A DNA stretch of 64,000 bases, taken from contig CM106586.1 in assembly GCA_048013815.1 (NCBI GenBank), forward strand, positions 15,376,001-15,440,000. Reading direction: 5' to 3'. The notes beneath the pieces were generated by a model that was given only the letters and a program-made list of their open reading frames with translations, made no database searches and was not told the DNA's origin. Each line of letters opens with the position of its first letter. Within the stretch, counting starts at the first letter, position 1. Positions 11,176 to 24,100 of this stretch are shown in pieces. The translations under genes were made by a program, and so were the position numbers. Source of the DNA: Setoptus koraiensis. Its lineage: Eukaryota; Animalia; Arthropoda.

Positions 11176-13830
11176 GTAAATCTCGGCTGCGCGATAATCG
11201 AGCTGCCAACAAATACGACTGGGCACGATTTGCGACTGACCGATACGAGAGCTTCGGCGCAAACGCAATCAGAAATGAACGGGTTAACAGGCGACGGTTG
11301 GCGCGTTGGCCCCAACAATCACTTTCTACGCTTGTCTCGGCGCTCATTCGCCTTTTTCGGCCCGAATTTGGTCTCGCCAACGACAGATTTGTGTTTGTGT
11401 TTGCACCGTCGTTTTTGTTGTTTGCATCGTCGTTTTTGCTGTTTGCACCGTCGTTTTTGCTGTTTGCATCGTCGTTTTTGTGTGTGTTTGCAGTATCGTT
11501 TGTATTTGTGATTTGAATTGGCTCTTCTCTGGCTGCATCGACTTGGGCCATCATCTACGCGTCAATTGCGCAACTATTGCGCAACTACTGTGTGTGTGTG
11601 TGCGTCCCCCGCTGAGACGATAATCTCCATTGTTTTATCTCTCGCACATTGTCAGCCGGCCGCGTCAGCTGTCGAAGGCGCTCGTCGCAACAACAGCGCC
11701 AACAATTCTTCTCGCCGCTGTCCGAACTTGCTGTTGGTCTCACTTGACCATGAGAGTTGCATGTTGTTGTCGGTGTCGTTGTTGTCGGTGTCGTTGTTGT
11801 CCCGCATCGACGGCAACAGCGGCGGCAACAGCGACAGCGACAACAAGACGAGACATGTCAGAGACACGGACAGTGTATGGCCAATCAATGACAACTGCGG
11901 TATCGCTGCGTCGTTTGCAGCGACGAAGCGAATCAATAAAACGACATGCCAACGACCAACTCGGCGCTGTAAAGTGAAGCGGGCGGCGAAATGAAGAAGA
12001 CAACAGCAACGACAACAACGACAACAACAACGGCGGCAACAACAACGACAACAAATTGACACACCAAGTCGAAACAAACAAACGAAACGACAAGCGCGCA
12101 AACAAAGACCAAGACAAACAAACAAATTATTTATCCATTTGCGGCGTCGCTCGCGCCGTCGCTCGTCGGCCGTTGCTGGCCGGACAAGCGAACGGCCGGA
12201 CAAGCGAACGGCCGGACAAGCGAAGGGCCGGCCAACGGCGCACGGATGAGCGGTGGCGAGAGTTGCCAGTGGAAATGGCCACAGAAATGAGAACCAATGT
12301 CGACAATTGTCCAGTTGCCGATACCCGATACTGTCAGAGTATCACTGTGTCCAGTGACGGGCCGCTTCTCGTGTCAAGCGGCTTTGCGAATTGCTCCAAT
12401 TTGGGCCTTTGTCTTTGTTTGTTTCAACCAGCTTTGTTTGGTTAGGCTGGCTTGCCCATGTCGGCCGTCGAGTCGATGCCTTCGATGCGCCCGGCCAATC
12501 GCGCCAGCAACGCTCGCTGTCGGATATTTGCCGGATCATTGTCGCAATTGTGTAATCAACTCATTGTGAGACAAACACACAACAACAACAATTGGCAATC
12601 GTGGCAACTGTGCCAAAAAACACTGCCGATATTAACGCAAATGACGCAAACGACTCATCAGTGATGAGATAATTATGACTAACAAGTTGCAACAATTGTT
12701 GTTAGCCCCATCTGTTGTCAGACGGCCACATGCATTGACAGGTATGCGACAGAGCATGATTTATTTGAATTCGCTATTCGTTATTTGTCAGATCACCTGA
12801 CTCATCTGACTCATCTGACTCAGCTGACTCAGGTGAGAGGCGATCAAGTTGGCGAGTTGCCCGTTAAACAGACAGCCGCTGTTTGTGCGGCGCTGTTGCA
12901 ACTCGCAAGGCTCTTGATGGCCTATCAATGATGGGCCAGTTGATGGGACGATTTAAACAAATCGTCCCATCAAATAGGTGAGCACAGACTGCGCAACAAA
13001 CGAGCACACAATGGCCGGACTTTCGTTTCCGTTTCGCGCATTGGGCACGTTTCGCACATTGCGCGCATTTCGCTTGTGTGACAATTTTCGCAAACGGGGC
13101 CGCGATAGACGACAATATACCCAATGTACAAGAAGCTCAGCTATTATGAGTGGCTCAGCTATTATGGCACAGCTATCGCACAGCGATCGCACAGTGAGCA
13201 GGTAGCCGGATAATGAGGCCAGCGTAATGGAGCCAGAATAACGGAGCCGAAGAGAACAAAAGCCCAGACAAGCAAATGTCAACCGATGACTGACTGACAC
13301 TCCGGGGGACACACACACGCACATACAATGGATCTATGGGTTAATGAGGTGTCAGAGAGAGAGCGCAACGAGTTTTGTTTACAAGCGAGCTGAGATTTGT
13401 AAGTGGACATGGCAAGATTAGATTAGTGTCGTATGCGCAAGTGGCTGCTTACGCAATCGCATTCGTTGCATGATATCGAGCCGAAAGTTTCCACTTTTGT
13501 CCATGCTCGACTTGTCAGTGCTGTTGTCAGACTGTTGGCCGTTGGTCGCCGTCGGTGGTTGTCGGTTGTCGGTGGTTGCCGGTGGTTGTCGGCTGTTGTT
13601 GGCCGTCGGTTGGGCAGCTGAGGGGCATGAGGTCGTGACATGACACAGCGAGAGTTCAGCCGCAGCCGATGAGCGCACAGGTAACACAGGTGAGGCGAGA
13701 TCGATATGCTTGAGGGACGTCTCATCATTATTTGTTGTTTGTGTTCATTAGCGATCTCAAATTTGTGTTTGGTCTCAAATTGGGAGCTGTCAAATTTGTG
13801 GCACAGTGTGCGCAGCACAACGGAGCGCAA

Positions 13831-13920
13831 CGCAACATTACGCAACACAAGGCATTGCAAGGCAACATTACGCAACACAAGGCATTGCAACGCAACATTA
13901 CGCAACACAAGGCAGCGCAA
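13831..13920. repeat. 30-bp tandem repeat x3, each containing TTACGCAA
   Basis: Units at 13831, 13861, 13891. Confidence 0.93.
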
Positions 13921-16900
13921 GGCAACACTGGCCGACATGCCAAAGTGTGAAAGTGTCAAGTGTCAAACTAATCCGTTAGTTGGCCAGCTGACCGTTGACC
14001 GCGCACACATTGACAGTTGGCTTGTTGTCATGTCGCTACTGTCTAATTCTAGCTGCGTCGCTTTGTTTGTTGTTGTGCTCGAGTTGTAATTATGGCCACT
14101 GCCAAACCGCCAGCCAGCCAGTCAGTCAGCCCGACAGCTAACCGCAACAGCTGACCGCGGCAAGCTGGAACCCGCTGCGACGCCACAGCGAGATGCTGTC
14201 AGCGGGTTGCGCCCGTCAAATAGGTGGCGCACCGTTCCAAAACGAAGCCACCGACTGGCCAGCGTCGAAAACGAAGCCACCGAGCGTCGAGACACTTGAA
14301 TGGGCACACACAATGACGGCGTCGCAGCGCCGTTGTTATGTAACGGGTCACCGCGGCAATGCACACAATGCCCGCCGGCAGACAAACAAAGCGAACGAGC
14401 GAATTCACTCTCGTTGGTGATGCGAATCGGTGACAGTTGTCACCGATGACAGGCTCATGTTTGCGTTTCGTCCACAATTCCAACTGTCAATTCGAACTGC
14501 CGATTCGAACTGTGAATTTCGATTTCGGACTGCGAATTTCGATTTCGAACTGCGAATTTCAAATTTCGATTTCGAACTGCGAAATGGGGATCTAGAATTC
14601 GAAGCGCGAACTGCGAAGCGCGAACACAAGCGCCGACGAGCGCCGACGAGCGCCGACGAGCGCCGACAGGCGACAGCAAACAGCCGACAAAAACAACGGC
14701 GCGTCCACCTGTGACGCAAGCCGCCCGATCGAGTTGCGTCCAATCGTTTCGACGCGACGCAAATCGATTGGCGGCGACCGCTCGCCGGCCGCTCGCAGCC
14801 ACCGGCGACAGTAACGAGCGAGTCGCTGGCAGTGACACTTGCGAGTGACACTTGCGACTCGAAAGTTCCCACTGACAGCCACACGCCCGGTCAGCTGATG
14901 TGGTCAGCTGATGTGGTCAGCTGATGTGGCGCGTCAACAAGCGCAGAGTGAACAAGTTGCGTCACTTGGGTATTATTCGGCGATATTATTACTATAATAT
15001 TATTGCGAGTGGCGCCCGCTAGAGGCACTGGATTCTGGCGAGATTGGCGGAGGCCCGACGGCGACATAAACGATGGAAATGGTTGCGCAAACGATGGAAA
15101 CGCCGGCCCAAACGGCCCAAACGGCACAAACGGCCGAGAGTGGAGACCGGCGCAAATGCAAACAAGCGTGAGCGAGACTCACAAGTGCGGCCAATGATAT
15201 ATGGCCGACAGTGATGATGTAAATGAGTTTAGTCGCTCGCTAGCCGGCTAGTCGATGTGTCAGCGACGAACGCCGCTTGAGTGCCGGCAAGTGGCGCCGC
15301 TAATGATCACGCTAGTGACAATGGTTGTGTGCAAATTAATTTGCTTCCTTGTTTTGTTGTCTTGTTGTCCACTCTTGGCCGGTCTCTTCTCGCCTCTTCT
15401 CGCCTCTTCTCGGCTGTTGGCTGGGCTCTTGGCTCGGCTGTTGGCTCGGCTGTTCGCGCGGCCCGCGAGTTGGCAATGAGCCGCGCAGCATTTGCATAAG
15501 TTATGAGTTTAAACTAAAAACCAACTAACCGACTCACCGACGCCGGCCCACAGCCGAGCCGTGAGAGAGCGGCCAGCGCGGCCTTAGAGAGAAGAGCGGC
15601 CAGAGAGAGAAGAGCGGCCAGAGAAGAGGCTGCAAATGGCACGGCGAGCTTGCATCTCATTATCGTTATTATCCATTAATAATGATCATTCATTTATGAA
15701 TGTGCCCTCGCATTCCGATTGCCAACTATGACTAAATTATCCGACTCAATCCGTGAATGCACAACACTCTTGGCATGTCCCGTGTGTCAAACGCGCCGAG
15801 CGTCATCGTGCAACTCGCACCAACCAAACACGACGCGAGCTGCCAAACTGAGCGCGCCACCAGCTCACCTGAGCCACCAACTTACTACTAACTAACCGAC
15901 TGACACTTGTTGCTCGTCTCTCGCTTGGCTCGTCTCTCGCTTGGCTCGTCTCTCGCTTGGCTCGGCTCGCACTGACCACTCTTCCGGCCCGCTGCCGACG
16001 GACGCAGCAAACTTTGCTGAGCAAAGTGCAGTTCGTGCGCACAAAGAGCGCCAGCTCATTAGCACTGCAAACGACGAGAGAAAGGGCGCCAATCAATTTA
16101 AATACCAAACGGCCAAGTGGCGCCAAACCGGCGGCCAGCGACGCTCCGCGGCCGTTTAAAACAATTCTCGCCAACTCGCAGCCGAACGCTGGCCGAACGC
16201 TCGCCAACTCGCAGCCGAACGCTGGCCGAACGCTCACTAACTCGCAGCCGAATTCGCGCCGATATCTCGCTTACGTCAAGCTGAATTCTCGCGTTCTTGT
16301 GCCGGACGACACGGCAAAGGGCACACACATTACGCAATGCGTATGACAGGCAAACTGGCCAACATGAATCAGTCGGCCGGGCGGATCTCGCAATGTTTGG
16401 CCGCGCTCCGGCCCGAACTGTGCCCTGTTAGAGTGTGCCCTGTTAGAGTGTGCCCTGTTAGAGTGTGCCCGCGACTCAGGCCCGAACCGCCGGTTGTTAG
16501 TTGCGCCGACTGGCCGGCACAGCCAGCGACACCAAATGACTTCCTAGCCGCACATTGGCCGGCCAACGTTTGCTCAATGGACCGCTCGATAGACTGCTCA
16601 ATAGACTGGCCAGCGATAGGCGCCACTTTTGTTGCGTAATGATGCCGTTTAGCTGTCAAGTTTGCTATATTCATCAATGAATGTGCCCGGCGAACCATTG
16701 ACGTTCGGCCGCGACTCGGGCGCCGATCGGGCCGAGTGACAGATGAACTATTCACTCTAATTGAATGGCACAGACAGCGCTGCAAACGGGCTAACCCATT
16801 AGGCTAACGGCAACTGCGCCGTTAGTCGTGACGATTGGCGCGCTATTGATGATGATCGAATGATGGCCACTTTACCTGTGACTTTACCTGTTCGAACTAC

Positions 16901-17569
16901 CCGTGACTTTGCCTGTTCGATGCTCTGTCTTGTCCTGCCCGTTAAGTGACTCTTCTTCTTCTGACACTTCGGCCAGTCGCGGCCAGTCGCGGCCGGTCGC
17001 TGCCAGTCGCTGCCAGTTGGTCAGTCACAAAGGGTCGCAACGAGTCACAACGAGTCGCAGAGACGAGCAATCTCATGATGCATGAGTGAGTGAGTGTGCG
17101 ACTAAATGAGTATGTGATTATATGAGAGAAATTTGGGAGCAACAACGGCCAACAACCGCCAACAACAGCCAACAACCACCGGCAACAGCCAACAACCGGC
17201 AACAACAACATTTCGCAACATATTTTGCCTTCTATTTTTTGCATATTAATTACCACACACACACACACAAAACAACTTGTTGCAGTTATTACATGCCGCA
17301 CACTCGTTACCTGTTGCTCGTTACCTGTTACCTGTGTCTGCTGGCTGTCGCTGCCACGACAACGACAGAGCCAACGAGCCAAATGATTTTACTTTTACCC
17401 TCCGATAACAACCATTGCTGGTGCCGCACTTACGTAACAGCACTTGCGTAACTTGTGTGACTTATGGCGCCCGCGTCTTCCTGGCCGCCGTGCCGATAAT
17501 ATGCGATAATACAATATAATGACCCAGTGCACCGGTGAATCCCGCGAATCTCGCAATATCGCGAATTCC

Positions 17570-17688
17570 GTGAATCTCGGCAGTAGAGTGAATCTCGGCA
17601 GTAGAGTGAATCTCGGCAGTAGAGTGAATCTCGGCAGTAGAGTGAATCCCGGCAGTAGAGTGAATCTCGGCAGTAGAGTGAATCTCGG
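17570..17688. repeat. 18-bp minisatellite GTGAATCTCGGCAGTAGA x6.6
   Basis: Six full units (one with a T>C variant) plus a partial unit. Confidence 0.96.
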
Positions 17689-18152
17689 GAATCCTGTCAA
17701 TAGCTGCAATGCTCGATCGGTATCCACACTTGGATGCGTGAATTTAGAGCTTGTGGGCGAACTGTTCAGCAAACACACACTACTTCATGCGTGAGAGAGA
17801 GAGAGAGGCGGCTTCACAGGTGAATCCGAAAGCCAAGGCTCTCCAGTGCGCGAACAATGTTCACACGACATTGCGCGGATATCATCACAAGTTGAATGAA
17901 TATCCACAAGTGAACTTTCGTGATAATGTTGTTGCTGGTTGGCTGTGGCGGCGCTGGTCGTGAAGTGAATCTAGAAGTGAGCCAGTTGCCGGCTACAAGT
18001 TTCAAGTCACAATAGTTACATAACCGCCAACAGTTGACCAAGCATGAGGCTGAAATAATTTTCATAAATATAAATGAATGTAATGTAACGTAATATAATG
18101 TGTACAAGTGGGAGCATTTCTATTTTGCACGATTCTATTTGCGAAGCGCACC

Positions 18153-18184
<32 letters not shown>

Positions 18185-21100
18185 CAACTCTCAACAAGTA
18201 ACGAAAATTTCCAGACCTGATCCACTAATATTGTGCCCTTTTTCTAATATTTAGATGTTGTTGGGTAACCTTCGCTTCGTTGCAACTCTGCCCGAGCGGC
18301 GCCGTCCGGGACGTAAGCGAGCGGCACCGTTACTGGCACTCTGAGTAACGGTTGCCGGCCCGTCTGCCCGGCCGGCCCATACCGTTGCTGGCGACCGTCG
18401 TCATATCGTCATACGTGAGCCGTATGACGTAAGCTGGCATGTTGCCGTTGCAGCATTTTAGCCATCGGCGCCATTACAGGTAATGGCAGCGCGACAAGTG
18501 CAGCGGCAGCAACGGCCTCGGCACGTTTGCCGACACCAACACGACCGAATGGACGAGATTGCAAATGGACACTGTCTCGCACAATGTTGTGATATATGGC
18601 CGCCGCTGGCGCTGCATCGGAGCTGGAAGCTTATGGTCGCTGGGCTGCATTTTAAACTTTTAAATTGAACACATCACTAGTATTAGGTAATACAGGTAAT
18701 GATGGTAATAGGCAGCGAATAATAGAGAAAGAAAGTGAGTTTGCCGTTGTTGTTGCCGCTGCTGTTGTTGTTGTTGTGTGGCGGTCGTGGCACAACAACA
18801 GCGGCAACAACAACAGCGACAACGGCAACAACAACGGCAACAACAACGGCAACTGTGTCTGGTCTGGCATGGGTGAGCGAAAATCATTAGAAGCAAATAA
18901 TCACGATTATTGCCAACGATGCGGCACCTCGCCTGACAAAAACGTGCTCAACTCATATCAGCTGGTCAGCGCTCTTACCGGCCAATACCTCTCACCAGCG
19001 AGCTTTGTCTGTGTGTGAGGTATAAGCTCACAAACAGCAAAACATTACATAACACACACAGACGGACGCAACAAGTGACTGGCAAGCCAGCTAATGGCCA
19101 GCACAGGTGAGCGAGAGCACAGGTAAGGGTTTGAGTTGGCTTGTATTCACACTTGCAATTTGCAACTTGCAACTAGCGGCTATCATTACAACTGGCCACT
19201 AATTATCGTTATCATGCCCGCTCGCTCTTACAATATCATGCACTTATATTATGTATTTGTAGTATGTTGTTGTGGCACCTTTGTTGTGTTTGTAGCTGTT
19301 GTTGTTTGGCTGCTTGTGTCACTAGACGGCGCCGCTCTGGCCACCAATCAGCTGCAACGACAAGCGGCAACTTGCCTATAATCGGCAATCAGTGGCAACA
19401 GTTTTCCGTGTTGCTGGATTGAGTGAGTCACTCAGAGTGACGCAATAGATGATAAATAGATGACACACATTGAAAGTGACACATTTAAATCAGCGACACA
19501 CACTGCACTTGACGGCGCGAGCCACGGCGAGCGGCGCTGCGAGTGACGCTGCGAGTGACGCAATCACATCCGGTGACAAGCTCAAACAATGCGAGGATTT
19601 GCGGCAGCCGCTGCAGGCCACCGCTGACCCGCTGCTATCCACTGTGGATAATCCACTGTGGATAATCCACAGTGTCCCGTTTCCGGCCCATTTCCACATT
19701 GAGAGATGCAAGCGGAAGTTGTGGCGCACTTGCGATTTATAAGTTGTAATTTATAAGTTATGTTTTACAAGTTATAACTTATAAGTCATAAATGCAAGCA
19801 GCTGTTTTTGCCCAATGAAACACTAACTAGCGCTCGTGGATGCCACATAATGATCGTCATGATTATCGAAAAATTGTGCCTAACTCACCTGGTCGAGCGA
19901 CCAGCTAAATAGGCTGATTAGTGATTTTGTTGTGCGCTTGTTTCCTCTTGCATAATTAATCAGCCTCACGCCCCCTTGTGAGCCGGCCCAAATGAGCAAC
20001 AGGTTCACTCTCAACTGTGCGCTGCTTTGATGTGCGGTCACATCGTGATGGCTACTCCACAATTGACCGGAACCTAGCGCATCAACACGGCACTGATTTA
20101 GTAATAAGTCCAGGTACCGGTCACTTTCGATGGCTGCCACAGCTGATTTGTTCTTTTGCAGGCCTAGCCGACAGACCGCAAGTGTGGTCACGACCAATAT
20201 GCGACCATATTACGACAGACAGACTCGTACCAACAAGTAGACAGAATCGTACTAGACAAGCGCGAAGCGCCCAACATTTTGTCGAGCTGTGGCCGTTTGA
20301 AATTGGCGCCAGGTCAGCGCAACTGGCGGCGAGACGCAAACTTTGGCCGCCGAAAACCGGGATGAAACTCGACCGAGTACAGTATTAGAGCCGCTCGAAA
20401 AGTATCGGAAAATTTCGGGAAATATCGGAAAATATCGGGAAATTTCGGAAAATCTCCCAAAATATCAGGAAATTTTGAGAAATATGGGGAATTAGCAACG
20501 ATGTGTCGCGAGGGCAAGGCGTGATCAAGAGGCACAATCACCAAAAGGGAGAGGCGATTTCGCAAACGATGTCAATGTGTCGATGTCCATACAAAACGTG
20601 CTGTCGCGCGCGCGAGCTTGCCAGCGATGAGCCGAGGCGACGTTTAACAGGCTGTTGTTTGGAGATGATGAGATATTAATTGAGCGGGCGACATTGAGCG
20701 AGCGAGAGACGCTCAAGTTACGGTTTAATTTGTTCACCTTCGATCTAACAAATTGTGCGACTGGCCAAGTGTGGCACCAATTGCATTGTTGGCCGACAAC
20801 AGGTGGGTGACGCAACGATTTATCGTATTTATGCGCGTGTAGGATAGTGCGCGCGAGATGAATTTGAATTGAATTGAAAACAAAGCATTTATTGGCAATT
20901 GCTCGGCTTCGACAGCACGGGCTGTCAGCATGTGTCGAAAGAACAACACACAATTGGACAATTTTGCTGGCGATGTTAATTTATTTTAATTTTATCGCTG
21001 GCTGGCTCGCTTCTTTAAATAGATGCAAAACAACAACACCTTCGGCACGGCTTGCACCGAGCCGCTCGGCCGCAGCAAGCCCGTCGGCTGGTTAGCCCGT

Positions 21101-24100
21101 TATCCCGTTAGCCGGCTATCCCGTTATCCCGTTGGACGGTTAGCCCGTTGGCCGGTTAGCCGGTTAGCCCGTTAGCCCGTTGGCCTGTCGGGCGGTTAGG
21201 GGAGAGTCGAGGAGAAGACGAGTCAATTATTACAGTTGTAAAGTTGCTAAATCGCAGGCGCGGATTAATTAAAGCAATTTACATACTGCTTATTATTGTG
21301 CGCGATCAAGGTTAATCACTTTTATACCTGGGCCAATGATTTAATTTTTCGCCACCAACACACACCAACGCCGTGCAGTGGTATTATGTAACACTGTACC
21401 AGTGTAACAGCCAGCACTCACGGCAACAAACTCAAGTGTCGTCGGCCGACACGCCAGACAATTGAGCAAGACAATATAAGATGATCCAGCGTGACGAAAG
21501 TGGGCCCTGTTGTCGAGTGGCTGGCCGATTCATTTGTTTCATTTCGTTTGTTCAGTTTCAATTCGGTTTAAACTGAACAAACGAATCAGCCGTTCACTTT
21601 CAACAGCCGGCAACGGCGAATCGATTTGATCAAGGTGAAACTTAATCCAATTTAATGAATTTCGTTCTTGTTTCCAGCTCCACAGCTAAGCTCGTTGTTT
21701 TATCAATCAATACTTATCAATACTTTCGGCAACGAGTATTATCACCAGATATAAAGTGGCTCTGTGTGTGTATTACGTGTTTGGTGGCTGTGTATTGTGC
21801 CAAGGCCAAGATGAGCACTTTTCGCGATATAATTGTTCGCGCAGCTTGACGATCAACAAGTGCGAAAATAACTGTAAGCAAATTGTCATTAGCACTGGAC
21901 CAAACGACGAACACTCGAACAACAGCAACACTGCGCTGATTAATGCAAATTCAGCAACAACAACGGCAACAACAACAGCAGCAACAGCAACAACAACGAC
22001 AACAACAACGGCAACAACAGATTCAACAAGTCGGCCAAGGCCAAGTGATGAGTCGGTGTGGTTGCATCAATCTTTTTTGTTCATTATTTCATGTGTAAAG
22101 AAGATTCATTTGTAAGGATTAGTCATTCTCGTTCTTATTTCACCCTCGCTCTCTAGTTGAGTGAGAGTGAATATTTGAGAGTCCCAACTTGAGAGTCTCA
22201 AATATTCACAGACGAATACAATTAGCCGTCACACAATATCCGACTGGCTATGGTCAGTGGCAAGCTGGCGTGCATTTCAATAGGCAAGCAACTGGCCGAA
22301 ATTGAGCACACTCGAATGAATCCATCAAGTGAGGTCTCATCTAATAACGATGGTCATCATCATTGGCGTCATCGTCTCGGTCGTGCTCATCATTGGCGTC
22401 TCTCGTACACGTACGCCAGCTATTCGCCAGGTAAACAAGTGGATAATTATTTATTTTTATGTGCACTCGGTGATTTAGTTGGCGAGCTTGGCAAGTTGGC
22501 GAGCTTGCCAAGTTGGCAAGTTGGACAGGCCGTTGGTCAGTCGCTGTATATTGACTCAATATTATTGAGTGAGCATATATATTGACTGGTTGAGCGGGCA
22601 GTGAATGAATTCGATCAATTAAGTAACTTATCAGCGGCAAGTTAATCTGTCGGTGACTTTGAATCTGTCGGTACAAGCGATTGGTTTCGATTATCAATTC
22701 GATTTAAATTCTCAGCGCTCAGCAGTGCTGATTGATTCAAGGGTCGCTAGGATGATCAAGTCGAACAAGAGCACTCTCTCTCACACAAGATTGATGGTCG
22801 CCAATCAATGTCCGGCTCCACTCAACGTCAACTGGCCGCAAGTTTATTACGCAACACAAGGCAGCTCGGCGAGCTTGGCAAGCTTGCAAAGCCGTAAACG
22901 TTGCAACGTTTCAGCGTTACTTGGCCAGCTGGAAGAAGATCAATAGTTTGCAAATGAACATGTGATCTGTGGCTCGTTATGTTGGACTGTGTTGTAACAA
23001 GTTGCGAGTTACTCAAGCAGCAGGTTGTCGCTGTCTTGTTGTCTTGTTGTTGCTGTTGATTAAACTCAACAACGTCATTTGCAGTCGACTGCAAAAGAAA
23101 TGCAAAAGAAGCCAATCAAATGGCCAGAGCGAGTGCATCGTCATGGCGGCGCTGTCATGTTATGTAACAGTAATATTGATTAATGTCGAGTGATATCGGA
23201 TACTATCAGCTTGTGAGTGCGGTTGTTGTCAGTGTTGTTGCTGTCGTTGTTGTTGTTGTGTGTAAACATTTTGTTTGGGCAACAACAAGTGCATGTTGTT
23301 GCGTATGTGCCTGCCTTGCTGCCATTGAACTACATTGGCTACGCGCACTGCCAACAAAACTAATGAGAATAGGAACAATACCAGCCACAAGCACAATTAC
23401 CAATATCGTAATGGATCACACAATAATGGATCACACAAGCAACAAAACGACCAAATGGCTATTATGTAACTGCCTGTTGCCGGCATGCATGAGTGAGCCT
23501 TTGATTGCTCGAATTGAATTGCTCTCCATTGTTGATTTGCATTGCACTTGTCTCGCAACTGCACTCTTTCTCGCTCGCCACTGACCACTGACAAAAGTAT
23601 CTCGTTTTATTCCTCGTTTTATCCCTCGTTTTGTCCCTCGCTCGTCTTGCAACTTGTTGTTTCATCTCGCTTGTGTGTATCGCACAAGCGCAAGCAATCA
23701 CACAAATTCAAATTAATGAGATTGGACGCAATTGTCACATCACTTGGCCGAGTTTCAGTGTCACAACAACTCTGCTCATTGCAACACCAGCACAATGGCC
23801 CATTTCGCGTTACATCACATTGAATCGCATGTCGGGGCATCTGGCCATATCTCGACTTGATCGCCTTCTTGCTCAGGTCTCCCATTCGCACATTGGCAGT
23901 CGCCGCCGGCAGTGACAGTTTGAAAAGTGTTGCGTCAGTTGCATTGACCAGTGGCCAATAGTGTGTGGCCAATGGTCACCATAATGACGCAATTTCAATA
24001 ATGACGCGATTTCTATGATGACGCAATGATGTTGCTCAATGTTGCCGAGGGGGGGGGCCAATATCATATTCTCATTCATAATGAATAACAACAATAACAA

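Noticed and set aside
17570-17688. Regular arrays that could be taken for CRISPR (also 8313-8430, 11100-11175, 26215-26309)
   Set aside because: Head-to-tail units without unique spacers, no cas genes, eukaryotic context.
19643-19665. Two perfect DnaA boxes (TGTGGATAA) in a 14-bp duplication with palindromes
   Set aside because: Surrounding sequence is eukaryotic, with no bacterial genes or oriC layout. The match is a by-product of the local repeat.
21690-22115. Cys-rich frame with Kunitz-like words (YVFGGC, TINKCENNC) and a GPCR TM3-like word
   Set aside because: Cysteine spacing does not fit the Kunitz pattern, TGT repeats inflate Cys here, and the strongest acceptor leaves a stop in every frame.
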